Origin: a virus
Lineage: Duplodnaviria; Caudoviricetes
Virus record (IMG/VR): IMGVR_UViG_3300012157_000001
Coordinates: 32,001 to 96,000 of that record
Strand: one strand, 5' to 3'
Length of the DNA stretch: 64,000 bases
Both the position numbers and the translations under genes were made by a program. The number at the start of each line of letters is the position of its first letter. Position 1 is the first letter of the stretch. This document shows, piece by piece, positions 10,522 to 21,181 of this stretch. The notes under the pieces are model-generated. The model worked only from the letters and a program-made list of their open reading frames with translations. It was not told the origin of the DNA and searched no databases.

Positions 10522-11631
10522 ATGACGCCGACGGTTCGCCTCTACGGTCGCGGCGTCGGCCACGGATCGCACGCCCAGGTGACCGCGGGCTTCAGAGCCG
10601 CGCTGCAGGAGGCCGGGCTGCTAGCCGGCTTCGTGGCGTTCGACTGCGACCCGCCCCCCGACGCTCCGCAGCCCGGCGGTCCGCTCGCCCCCCGCGCGGT
10701 GTTCACGGGGCCGCTGGGCTTCCTGCCGGCGATGCGCCGCGGGACGCGACACGCCGAGCGGTACGCGATGCTCGCGCCGAACAGCTCGTTCGTACCCGGC
10801 AATCTCATGATGGCGCTGGAGCAAATCTGCACGGAGATCTTGGTGCCATCGAAATGGGCGCAGGACGTCGTCGAGGAGAACACGAGCGTCTCTGTTCGCG
10901 TGGTGCCTCACGGCGTAGATGCCGGCTTCACGGAGAACCAAGAGCTGCGCGCGACGGCGCGCGCGGCGTATCGGCTCAGCGAATTCGAGGTGCTCCACCT
11001 CTCGTCGACGGCCTACGACCGAAAGGGCACGCTCGCGCTCTTAACGGCGTGGGGCATGCTCACCTCAAAGGGCGAGCTGCCGCAGGAGTCGAGGCTACGA
11101 CTCGTCCTCGAAATCGAAGCGATGAGCAGAACGATGGCGTGGATGGCGGAAAACGCCGGGGCCCTCGCGCTTCAGAACGTGTACGTAACGGCGCGCATGG
11201 ACGCCCCGCCCGCGCGGCTCGCGGACACGTACTCGTCGCACCACGTCGTGTGTCAGCCGTCGCGAGGCGAGGGGTTCGGCATGGTTCCACTGGAAGCGCT
11301 CGCGTGCGGCGTCCCGATCGTCGCCACGGCGTGTACGGGGCACACGGAGTGGTTTCAGCCTGGGCTAGCCGGTGCGGTGCGGGTGGAGCATGGGCTCAAT
11401 GCGCCGATCGACGATGGGCCTGGTGCCCTCGCGCCGACGGTCGAGCCCGATGCCATTGCGGCGGGGCTCAAGGAAGCGTACGCGCGGTGGGAGCAGCTCG
11501 ACTCGGCTGCCGCGGCCGCGGCCGCGGCCGCCCGTGCGCAATGGGCCTGGTCCAGGCAGCTCGCGCCGTTCATGAAGGAGCTTAGTTCTCCGGTAGAGGC
11601 CGACGAGTGGCCAAAGCCGGCACAGCAGTAA
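10522..11631 (+). CDS. Glycosyltransferase family 4 (GT-B)
   Basis: VPSKW, VVPHGVD, DRKG and QPSRGEGFGMVPLEALACGVP motifs. Confidence 0.9.
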   Translation: MTPTVRLYGRGVGHGSHAQVTAGFRAALQEAGLLAGFVAFDCDPPPDAPQPGGPLAPRAVFTGPLGFLPAMRRGTRHAERYAMLAPNSSFVPGNLMMALEQICTEILVPSKWAQDVVEENTSVSVRVVPHGVDAGFTENQELRATARAAYRLSEFEVLHLSSTAYDRKGTLALLTAWGMLTSKGELPQESRLRLVLEIEAMSRTMAWMAENAGALALQNVYVTARMDAPPARLADTYSSHHVVCQPSRGEGFGMVPLEALACGVPIVATACTGHTEWFQPGLAGAVRVEHGLNAPIDDGPGALAPTVEPDAIAAGLKEAYARWEQLDSAAAAAAAAARAQWAWSRQLAPFMKELSSPVEADEWPKPAQQ

Positions 11632-12341
11632 GGAGACGACGAAAATGAACGATCAGAATGAAACGACAAACCAGACCCCGACTCCGACGGAAGCCCCGAC
11701 CCAGCCGGTGCCTCCCGACAAGCTCGCGCCGTTTCGAGCGCTCTTCGGTATGCCGGTGGCCGTGCAGTTCGCGGCGCAGACGCCTTACGTGCAGGTGGCG
11801 CCGTTGACTGACGCGGTGGGCAACGTCCAGGCGGTCCAGATTCCGAACACGACGCGCGTGATCGGACTTCCGGCCGTCGCGGAGCCCCAGCAGGCGATAG
11901 CGGTTGCGACCGGTGTGCTTCGCCCGTCTGAGGACGGAACGTGGCTCATCATCGAGGAGCGGATCGGAATTCCGCGCTCTGCGCATTCCCTGGGAGGCCA
12001 GGCGCTGATGGACGTCTACGTGCGGCCAGAGTTCGTCACTCACATCAGCTTCGTGAAGGCCATCGAGCTGCGCCGACCGGCGCGCGAGCCCGAGGCGTGA
12101 TCATGAAGCATACGTGTGCGTTTAGATCATCCCACGATCCTGACACGCTGGAACCGACTGGCCCGCGCTGCAACAAGCGCGCGACGCAGGAAATATATTG
12201 GCAGGATGGCCGAGTCTCCCCGTCGTGTCCGCAGCACGGCTTGCGCGCCCTAGAAAAAGAGGCGCGTGCGCTGGTGGTTCGCGTAACTCGCCCGCAGTCG
12301 GAAGCCCAGTGGGCGACCGCCGGATAGGCTTCTTCTAGGTT

Positions 12342-12989
12342 ATGCGCGACGAAGGCGAGTCCCGCTTCCGGCGCTGGCTACTCGACAAGGTCAAGCGCTC
12401 GCGATGGGTGACGTACCCCGCCGACACGGCGGAGTCCGTCGCGAGGAGGATTGGTGTCCAACCGGATATCATCCTGCAGGCTCAGCGGGAGCTCGCCGCC
12501 GAACGCAAGGCGGATGGCAAGGTACCGATGGTGCTCGGCACCGGACGGACCAAGCGCCCGAAGCGCCGGCAGATCGACGTCGACATGCCGAAGGAAGTGT
12601 ACGAGGACTGGTTGCTGTACTGCAGGACGCGGGGTCTGCCAGGATCGGTCGTCATCCGAAGCGTGGTCCATACTTTACTCTCTGGTCCAGAGAATCCATC
12701 TTGGATTGGGCGCCGGTGCCGCTACCGCGGGCAGATGTTGAGTCTGGCCGGCTACACGCAATTCGTGCAGCGGGGCTGGCCGTACAACATTAAAACGGAC
12801 GTGTCGGAGGGCGCAGCCCGCGCCCTCGCGGTGAGGGCAAGGAACCTCGGTTGCACGCTGGCAGCCCTGGTCAGGGGCGCGGTGATCGATGTCCTCGAAG
12901 GCCGAACAAAGCGCCTAAATATCGTGAGTTCCTCGGATGCTATGTGGGACGACGAGACCCGGTACTGGGTGGGCATTCCGCGGGCTTGA
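12342..12989 (+). CDS. Putative DNA-binding protein (HTH plus two RHH-like units)
   Basis: AESVARRIGV helix-turn-helix-like segment, followed by two strand-helix-helix-like segments. Confidence 0.4.
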   Translation: MRDEGESRFRRWLLDKVKRSRWVTYPADTAESVARRIGVQPDIILQAQRELAAERKADGKVPMVLGTGRTKRPKRRQIDVDMPKEVYEDWLLYCRTRGLPGSVVIRSVVHTLLSGPENPSWIGRRCRYRGQMLSLAGYTQFVQRGWPYNIKTDVSEGAARALAVRARNLGCTLAALVRGAVIDVLEGRTKRLNIVSSSDAMWDDETRYWVGIPRA

Positions 12990-13021
12990 CAGCCGACGGC
13001 AGCGATGACAGCGTTGGCAGC
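12986..13021 (+). promoter_or_regulatory. Sigma70-like leaderless promoter TTGACA-17-CAGCGT-7-ATG
   Basis: Nearly identical to 62502-62537; same layout at 58828, 61442 and 23923. Confidence 0.65.
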
Positions 13022-13330
13022 ATGGGAACGACCAAGAAAGAGCTGGTCGAAGATCTGTGGAAGAAGCCCTACTCGCTGAAGCGCGCCGAGATCGAAAAGC
13101 GCGCGAAGCGGGGCGACTACCACGACTTTGATTCGGAGCTAGCGGGACCAAAGATCGCGCTGGTGGACGACCTTCGAGCGGCCGGCTTCGGTGACTTGGC
13201 CCAGAAGGCCATCGACGGCGCCTACGACGATGAACGCCCGACGGTCGAACAGATTGAGGAGATGCGACAAGAGTTGGGTCCAGAGTTGTTCGACCAGGTC
13301 ATGGACTCGAAGCCAAGGGGTTCAGCGTGA
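13022..13330 (+). CDS. Hypothetical phage protein
   Basis: ATG directly follows the leaderless promoter; AKRGDYHDFDS motif. Confidence 0.7.
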   Translation: MGTTKKELVEDLWKKPYSLKRAEIEKRAKRGDYHDFDSELAGPKIALVDDLRAAGFGDLAQKAIDGAYDDERPTVEQIEEMRQELGPELFDQVMDSKPRGSA

Positions 13331-15017
13331 GCACGAAAACGTCGTGGATACCGGACGAGCCGGCGAGCAAGGAAGAGCTCCTGGCACTGGTGGCGCGGAT
13401 GCGCGCGGTCAGCAACGCGACCTACGATCTGTTCTTCACAACGGGCATGGGTGGAGACGTCCACGCCTTCATCGAATTTTGCGGTGTGCTCTCAAAGTAC
13501 GTCGACATCTGCGAGCGCTGCGCAGAGCAAGGGATCGATTTCCGGTTGCTGAACACGCACTCCGGACGAGGCTTGCCCGTAGAAGTGCACGACATGCGGT
13601 ACCTCGGCGAGAAGCTGGACTGCATCCTCGGGCCGGCGATACACGCGAACCCAGCCGCGAGTGCAGCACTTCGGGAGGCGCTGTTCCGAGACGATGCTTT
13701 CACACCCGCCGAGCTTGGCGTAATGGGCAAGCTCGACCCCGTGAATCCGAAGGCGGTGCTTGCGTGGCTCGGCGGCGAGGGTCCGAATCCGTGGGAGACC
13801 TCTGAATACAGGCTCGCGATGACGCTTCAGCTCGCAGAAGAGCTCCGCCGCGACGGCTATCACGTCATCGTGCGCGATCGTGACGGCCGTATCGTTGGCC
13901 CAACCGGGATGCCGGAGGGCTGAGCCGATGAGCGTCACCGGGAAAATGATCGACGATGCTGAATCGCTCGCCGAGGAGCGCCGGCAGCAGCTCGAATCGG
14001 AACGGATCGCGCACGTCGTCACCAGGCAAGAGCTCATCGAAACCAGGGAGCTCCTGCGCCAGGCAGCGGCCTGCGTGCCCGAGTGGGGCTTCCCATACAA
14101 GGCGCTCCCGTACAAGGAGCTGCGGCAGCGTATCGAGGCGGTGCTGGCCGCCCCGGTGCCAGGGCTCCCGGACGAGTGGGCAAAGCCGCCGGAGCAGCCA
14201 GCGACGGGGCCGCTGCGGAGGAAGCTCGGCGTTGCCCGCGGCGTACTCAACACGGTGCTCGACTCGACGACGATCGGCGGCCCACCGATGCCCACTCAGG
14301 CCGAGCTTCGGCAAGCAATCGACGAGACGGCGGATACGTGAACGTGCTGGAAACCCTGAATCACCTGACGATGCCGGCGGCGCTCGTCATCGTTGCCGTG
14401 ATCGCCGCGCTCGCGTGGCTCGGCACGAAAAACTTCTTCGTCGCCGTCGCGATTGGCATCGTCGCGATCATCGCCGCGGTGCGGTTCTTGTTCGGGGTGC
14501 ATCTGTGACGGTCCACATTCTCTATCAGGGTCTGCCGCGATGCCGCTTCTCGACGGAGGTGCCCAGAGACTGGCCGGAAGGTCACCAGTGGGTTTCGGAT
14601 GCGGACGCCGACCAGGCCACGTGCCAAGAGTGCCTGCGCGAGGCTGAAGTGATCTCGAACGCAAAGGGGCGGCGATGAGGGGTGCGAAGGCAAAGCGTGG
14701 CACGCATGGGCTACGAAAGCGGTGTCCGTGCTGCAGAAAGCTCCGGAAGTTCACTCATCCGCCGGACCACGAACGGGCGGAAGGCTGGACCAAGGTCGGC
14801 GACCAGTGGATCTGTCCGATCTGCGCGCAGCAGTCGATGTGGCACTGCTTCGAATGCAACAAAGTGGTCGTGGTGGCCCCGAAGGTCGTCACGCGCGACG
14901 GCGGTCGCTGGATGCCGGCGCCGCCAGACTGGCTTTTCGTGAAGGACCACGACGAGCTGACGTTCGTGTGTTCGGAGAAGTGCATACAGGCAATCTACGC
15001 GAGGAACGACTGAGACG

Positions 15018-15713
15018 ATGGCAAAACGAAAAGTCATAGCGATGAGAATTCGCTCGTTTCATGACGAGCAACGGGTGAAGGTGCTGCGCAACGACAAGGG
15101 TATCGCGGTAGGTGCCGTTGGCACAGTGAGGCGACTCCGCCGGAACGACAACGGCGCGTGGGTCGAGCTCGATCGCCGCCACAAGAATGAGGCGGTTCAC
15201 CCGTTCCTGAGAGGAGACGACCGAGACTGCCACGTGCTCGCGTATCCGGAGGACTGCGAGATGCCGCTGCAGACGTCACGCGACCGCCGCCGCCGCGACC
15301 GCGCCGAGCTGACGCCGACGGCGTTATCGATCAACGAATTCGGTCGAGATCACTGGTCGACGCTGCTCTACGTCGAGGCTCGCTGCACCGACAACAGCGG
15401 CGTTCCGGATCGGCGCAACATGCGCTGCATCGACAGCCGGCACCCGCAGTACTCGCACGGACACGATTCGAGCGCGTATCCAACGCGCTTGGCCGGCGAT
15501 AAGCTGCTCCCGAACCACGACGACTGGGACTGCGTCGATGACTTGGAGCGTGTTGGTCTCGTCGTGATCGGCGGCACAGGCACGAACCCTGTTTGGGAGA
15601 TGACTGCGGAAGGCCAGCGCATCGTCGGGCTACTCCGAACGCACAAGCAGAGCGGTCAAGGCCTCGGGGCGTTCATCATGGTGCCCGACGCGCAGGAGGC
15701 GGTGGGAACGTGA
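15018..15713 (+). CDS. Hypothetical two-domain phage protein
   Basis: SH3-like N-terminal part and an FGRDHWSTLLYVE...HDDWDC C-terminal part. Confidence 0.65.
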   Translation: MAKRKVIAMRIRSFHDEQRVKVLRNDKGIAVGAVGTVRRLRRNDNGAWVELDRRHKNEAVHPFLRGDDRDCHVLAYPEDCEMPLQTSRDRRRRDRAELTPTALSINEFGRDHWSTLLYVEARCTDNSGVPDRRNMRCIDSRHPQYSHGHDSSAYPTRLAGDKLLPNHDDWDCVDDLERVGLVVIGGTGTNPVWEMTAEGQRIVGLLRTHKQSGQGLGAFIMVPDAQEAVGT

Positions 15714-16135
15714 GCACGACGCAAAGTGAAGATCCTACCGAGCGCGTCGACCATCCGCGCTGGTACAACCAACACGCGAGCGGGATCGAGTGCATCGAGA
15801 TCATTGAGCACTCGCCCGGAAACCTGAGCGCGGCGGTGAAGTACATCTGGCGCTGCGGCCTCAAGCAATCCGAGACGCCGCTCCGGGATTTGCAGAGCGC
15901 GCGCTGGTACACCGAACGCGAGTCTCAGCGCGTCGACTTGTACGAGCTCGACGACGATCCTAGATTGAAGACGGATGTCATCTGGCGCGCGCTCGCCAGG
16001 AAGGTCATCTGGGCCGACCGGGACAGCACGCTCGCCGACTACCTAGAAGAGCTGCTGAACGGAAGCTTCACGGAGATGCTTGCCGCGATCGATCACGCGA
16101 TCAGCGAGCTCGACGAGCGGAAGGCTGCGCCGTGA
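15710..16135 (+). CDS. DUF3310 domain protein
   Basis: VDHPRWY...IECIEII...AVKYIWRCGLK...DL..A.WY signature. Confidence 0.85.
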   Translation: MSTTQSEDPTERVDHPRWYNQHASGIECIEIIEHSPGNLSAAVKYIWRCGLKQSETPLRDLQSARWYTERESQRVDLYELDDDPRLKTDVIWRALARKVIWADRDSTLADYLEELLNGSFTEMLAAIDHAISELDERKAAP

Positions 16136-16655
16136 CGAAACGACAACGAGAGGTGAAGGCCGCGCGCGCAAAACGGAAGAAAGCTCTCGCGTTGCTGCGA
16201 GAGGCGAACAACGTCTTGTTCGCGCGTCGGCGTAGGCGGCGTAGGCTCCTGCGTCGGCCGCTGAGAAGAAGTAACCCAGAGGAGACTGCCTTCTACACGT
16301 GGCTACACGATTTCGAGGTGCTGCTTCCCGCCGTGGCGCGCACTGCCGGCTCCGGAACGTTCACGTCTGAGGATCTTATCGTCAAGGCCACCCAGGCAGC
16401 CGATCGGATGAAAGGGGAGGTGGCGGCACGTCGCCCCAGCAGTCTCGCTGAAGTCGACAGCGGCCGGCATATTCGTCGCCGCCGGCTCGGAAAGCATGCC
16501 GACTGGCGTCACTGGCAGCACGTGTTCGACGGCTTAGTACACGCGCTGGCGGAACGTAGTGGACTGAACTCGGACGCCGTCATCGATCGTGCTAGCGAAC
16601 TCACGGATGCAATGCTCAACGAGATTGATAAACGTCGCCCGCGGAGGTCTGCCAA

Positions 16656-17495
16656 ATGAACATCGTCCGATCGATCGCAACCAGTGACCGCGCGCTTTTG
16701 GAGCGCGTCTTCGAGCAACGCTGCAAAACAATCGTTCTGAACGACAGCGTCGCGCTGACGCGCGTGCTCGGCGACCTGATGCTGTACGTAGACACGCGAG
16801 ACACCGGAGTCGCCCCGCACCTTCTGATGAGCGGCTACTGGGAGTTCTGGGTGACGCAGGCCATCGCGCGTCACTTGAAACCCGGTATGGTCTGCGCAGA
16901 CGTGGGTTCGAACGTTGGTTACTACACGCTCCTGATGGCGGCGCTCGTGGGCGAGAAAGGCCGCGTGCACTCCTTCGATATTCTGTCTACGAATTGCGTG
17001 CTGCTGCGGCGCAGTGCGGAAATCAACGGCTTCCGCGAGACGGTTTCGGTGCATGCGCACGGTATCGCCGATCGCGAGGGCGACGCGCCGATTCGGGTAC
17101 CCACATCATCGTGGGATGGCTCGGGCCATTTCGCCAGTGCGGCGCTCACGGAGGTGATGGGCGGCGAGACCAACACATCGGAGGCGTATCAGCCGGGCAT
17201 CGTGCCGGTGCGGCCCCTGGACGCGATTGACTTCGGCGAGCGCCTCGACTTCGTGAAGATCGACGTCGAGGGCGCGGAGCCGCTGGTGTGGAAGGGGGCA
17301 GTCGAGACATTCCGCCGGTACAACCCGGTCATGTGTATGGAGTACGAGAGCCTTCGGCTGGGCTACCCAGAGTTCCTGGTGCTCCTTCGGAAGGATGGTC
17401 TCCGGGTGCGTTACGTCGAATACGACTCGAATCTGGTGGACCTGCCGGAGTCGCCGGATCCCGAGCGGCTCTACATGCTGTGGGTGACGCGATGA
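16656..17495 (+). CDS. FkbM-family SAM-dependent methyltransferase
   Basis: DVGSNVGYYT and VKIDVEGAE motifs. Confidence 0.9.
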   Translation: MNIVRSIATSDRALLERVFEQRCKTIVLNDSVALTRVLGDLMLYVDTRDTGVAPHLLMSGYWEFWVTQAIARHLKPGMVCADVGSNVGYYTLLMAALVGEKGRVHSFDILSTNCVLLRRSAEINGFRETVSVHAHGIADREGDAPIRVPTSSWDGSGHFASAALTEVMGGETNTSEAYQPGIVPVRPLDAIDFGERLDFVKIDVEGAEPLVWKGAVETFRRYNPVMCMEYESLRLGYPEFLVLLRKDGLRVRYVEYDSNLVDLPESPDPERLYMLWVTR

Positions 17496-20085
17496 ACCTT
17501 CGGCGCATCCTAACGGCGCGGCCGGTGGATCTGCCGATCTACCGGCAGTACGTGGTCGACCACCCGAAGCACGGTGCAACGGCGCTCGTCTACATGCTGC
17601 CGTGGTCGGTCACTCTCGGAATCGTCGTCGTGGGCATGCTCGTCTGCGCGCTCGGGAGTCCGTGATGGCGCACGTCGTACAAGTCGTGTACACGCCCGTC
17701 CGAGGTGGCGACGGCTCGGAGTTGGTCGCGATCCGATTGCCGGACCGAGAATCGGTGAGGCACTACCTGCGCGGCGAAGCGCCGAGTGCGGCGGTGTGCC
17801 TGGCGCTCGAAGCGGCATCGCGCAGCGTTGCGCGCGACGAGGTGCCGTCCGGTGACGGCTTCACGGTGACGGTCGTCTTCGTGAACGAAGCCGGTGAGCC
17901 GCTCACTCCCGTTGAGCCGATGCCGCCTGAGCAAAGAGTCATTCAAGTCCCGGCGGACCATCCGGCCTGGAACGCGATCGACGACGACGACTGGAATGGT
18001 CACACGTTTGGCAGCTGGCTGCGAACCTACGTAAAGGGTGCGACCGTAGTGATCTGGCCACCCCACGACTACGGCGACAGGCTCGGAAGATTTCTGGCGG
18101 CGCTGCTCAACGCAGGCGCCGAGCGCATCGTAGCCGGAGCGGCCACGTGAGCTGTCGGCGCATCGGCACCGCAATTCTCAACGTCGCCAATCCGGCGTTG
18201 CGGATCCGAGTGGGCGGCAAGCCGTTCCTGTTCGAGGATCATCCGTTCTGTGGTCCGTTGCCCTGTTACTCGGACGGTACCGAGCGTCGGGTCGGTCAGC
18301 GTAGCCCGTTTTGGGAAGCGGTGACGCGCTGGTACCAGAGCGGCAAACGAGTCGACCGGGAGGGCTGGTGCGTGGTCGAGGAGCCGACGCCATGAGCACG
18401 GACGAGGCACTGTTGCTCCCTCGCTTCTGCGAGCGCACCGGCAACCCGTGCGGGACGGACACTGTGCACAACGACGAGCCGGGCTGCTCTTGCCGGCAGT
18501 GCATGCTCTGGTGCCTCGAAGAACTCAAGCAGCGTTGGCTTGCGATGGACCTCCAGCGTACGGAAAATGAAAAGCTCCGCATCGCCTTGTCGGACTGCGC
18601 GAACCACGCCGCTGGGTTCAGGTGCACGTCCGGCATGTGCTCAACGGAGTTCCTGCTGAACGTTCCCGAAGAGGTACGGCTACAAATCGGCGCTCGCGAG
18701 CGAGACAGGGACGCGACCAGAGCGGCTCTGGTTCGCGTAGAGGCCGAGCGGGACGCAGCCCGGGCCGAGGCTCAGGCGATGGAAAACAGCTACATCGCGG
18801 AAAGCTCACGCAATTGTGAGGCGGAGCGCGCGCTTCGCGACGCGCTCCTGGACGTCCTGAGCTCTGCCACGCCACATCCGGTCGAGCACCCATCGATGTG
18901 GCGCACGTGGCGACAAGCCAACAAGCTGCTCGGACGGGATCCGGACACGCACGTGATACCGACGGCGGACAAGGATCTGGAGCAATACCTCATGACGGAG
19001 CGCCCATGAAAGCAGTCACCGAGCACGAGCGCGCGCTAAGGCTTCAGAAGCAATACCGCGGCAGCATGGCGAACCACGTCATTCTTAGCCGAGTGATGAT
19101 GACCGAGAGGCAGGCATCGTTCACGATTGGACGGCCCGGCGATAGCACATACACCGCCGAGATTGTGGTGCTTCGTTGGGGTCACCTGCTCGTCCACGGT
19201 GACATCGACGCAGTGATTTTCGGCGTGTGTAGCGGCTACGAGTCGTGGCGGGACGTCCTCGATTGGATGGGCCGCGCTGACTACGGCTACGCCGAAGAGA
19301 AAGCGTCGATCGGCTCCACGTGTTCCGCGATGGCGCGGTGCTTCGACGACGAGGTCGCGCTCTCGAAGATCTGCTACTGGCGCCGGCACCGATACATCCC
19401 AGACAAGGAATCCGCCCGCGAGCTCTGGGACCACGTGCAGAGCGGCGAGTGGCACGAGGCGCAAAGTAGGCTGTACAGCATCGACTTCGAGCTCAATCTC
19501 GACGACGTGACCCATCCGCGGGTGTTCATGGCACAAGCAGCCGTCAAGCGGCTCTGCGAGCTGCTCGACGCGGAAAAAGCGGTCAACGTAGCTCAAGTCG
19601 AGGCGGTCACATGACGCAGACGAACGCCGGGGAAATGGACGAAAGGGTGCATCTGACGGTGGAGCAGGCGATGGGGATGCTCGACGTCAAAGGTACTCGG
19701 GTGCACACGCTCGTGAATCCAGCCGTCAATATGATGGTGGGCGCGGACTGGGACGTCGAGCAAGTGCGTGCCTGCTTCGAGGAGAACGGAGTCGAGCTCG
19801 CCGGACACACCGCCACGAGCATGGGCCACGGCCTCGCATCCAAAGATCGGGGTCGCTGGGTGTACTTCGCCACGCGCGAGGGAAGCAAGGCCGAGGTGGC
19901 ATCTTGAGGGACGAAGTTGTCGCTGCGGCGGAGGCGGTACTCGTCGCGGCCAGGGAGCTGCCAGCGGTTGGCGCTGGTAAGGAACAGGTTCTCGTCGCGC
20001 TTCGAAAGTACGACGCGGCGGAGACTCGACTGGATGACGCAATGGACGCCTACATGGCAGCAGCGGCAGCGAAGGGAAAGAAACG

Positions 20086-20709
20086 ATGATCGTCGTGGTG
20101 TGGTTCGTGAACATCCTGATTTCGTGGTTCAACGCATGGGGCTGCGGCAAGACGTGGGCGGAGACCCGCGCGGCCGGCGGCATGCCACACTTTCTGAACT
20201 GGATGGGTGCGATCATGAGCGCGAGCGGCTTCACGTGGTGCTACACGCTGCTCGCTTGCCTGCTTGGCGGTGGCGTAACGCACACGGTGGACGGCAGAGT
20301 CGTTCCGTACCTGTCGGAAGCGCAGATACAAGCCGTCGCCGGCATGGGGTACATGATGGTCATCCTGCCCGTGCTCGGAAGCGGGCTCGCAATCACGCTG
20401 CACTCGTGGGGCGTGTTTTATAGACGCCGTAGTTTCGGCAGCGGTGCGGTCGCTGGGTGGAACACATTCGCGCAGGCCTCGAACATGTACCACGCGGCCC
20501 AGGACATCCCGCGAGTGTGGGGAATGCTCGGGGGTTTCTTCGGCGGCAAGAGCAAAAGCGGCAGCAGCGACAGCAACGGGAGCAAACTCGTCATACTGAT
20601 CGCCGCCTGCGCGCTCCTAGCCGGCATCCTGACCACGTATACGATTCTGACGTCGACGGCGCGCGCCACCGCCAGGGATCGGTCGCTGCGCTACGCGAGG
20701 GTCGCGTGA
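20086..20709 (+). CDS. Multi-pass membrane protein
   Basis: At least four hydrophobic segments. Confidence 0.7.
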   Translation: MIVVVWFVNILISWFNAWGCGKTWAETRAAGGMPHFLNWMGAIMSASGFTWCYTLLACLLGGGVTHTVDGRVVPYLSEAQIQAVAGMGYMMVILPVLGSGLAITLHSWGVFYRRRSFGSGAVAGWNTFAQASNMYHAAQDIPRVWGMLGGFFGGKSKSGSSDSNGSKLVILIAACALLAGILTTYTILTSTARATARDRSLRYARVA

Positions 20710-20908
20710 GAGTCGGTGTCGCGGCGCCGGAACCGATGCCGGAGGTCGTTGTCCTCGTCGGCGATGAATCATCCCACGATGGTCCCGGCTGGTACTACTA
20801 CGACGCGGAGTATCCTGACGAAGGCTCGTGCGGAGCGTTCGCAACGCGGGAGGAAGCCATCGCGCACGCCGAGGAGGCTGGATACGTCGTTCGGCCGCCG
20901 GGTGTCCT

Positions 20909-21181
20909 GTGAAGGCCACGAAACGGCAGAAGCCGGAGCCGTGGGACCCAACGCGCCTCAGCTTTCGAACGGTCAGGGAGACCAGCGACCGGATCCGCGC
21001 GCTAGCGAAAAAGGAGGGAATGACCGTCACCAGCCTGATCGCTGAGGCTATCTACATTCACCTGCATCGCTTGGAATCGAGAGGTGATCGGAAACGCCGC
21101 CGGATGCTCGTTTGCGGGGCGTGCGGCAAGCCGGCAGTGGATGCTGCCACTGATGGCAGGAAGAAGAGCAGGCAGCCGTGA
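20909..21181 (+). CDS. Ribbon-helix-helix (CopG/Arc-like) regulator
   Basis: LSFRTVRETSDRIRALAKKEGMTVTSLIAEAI; coupled to the methyltransferase by a GTGA overlap. Confidence 0.55.
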   Translation: MKATKRQKPEPWDPTRLSFRTVRETSDRIRALAKKEGMTVTSLIAEAIYIHLHRLESRGDRKRRRMLVCGACGKPAVDAATDGRKKSRQP

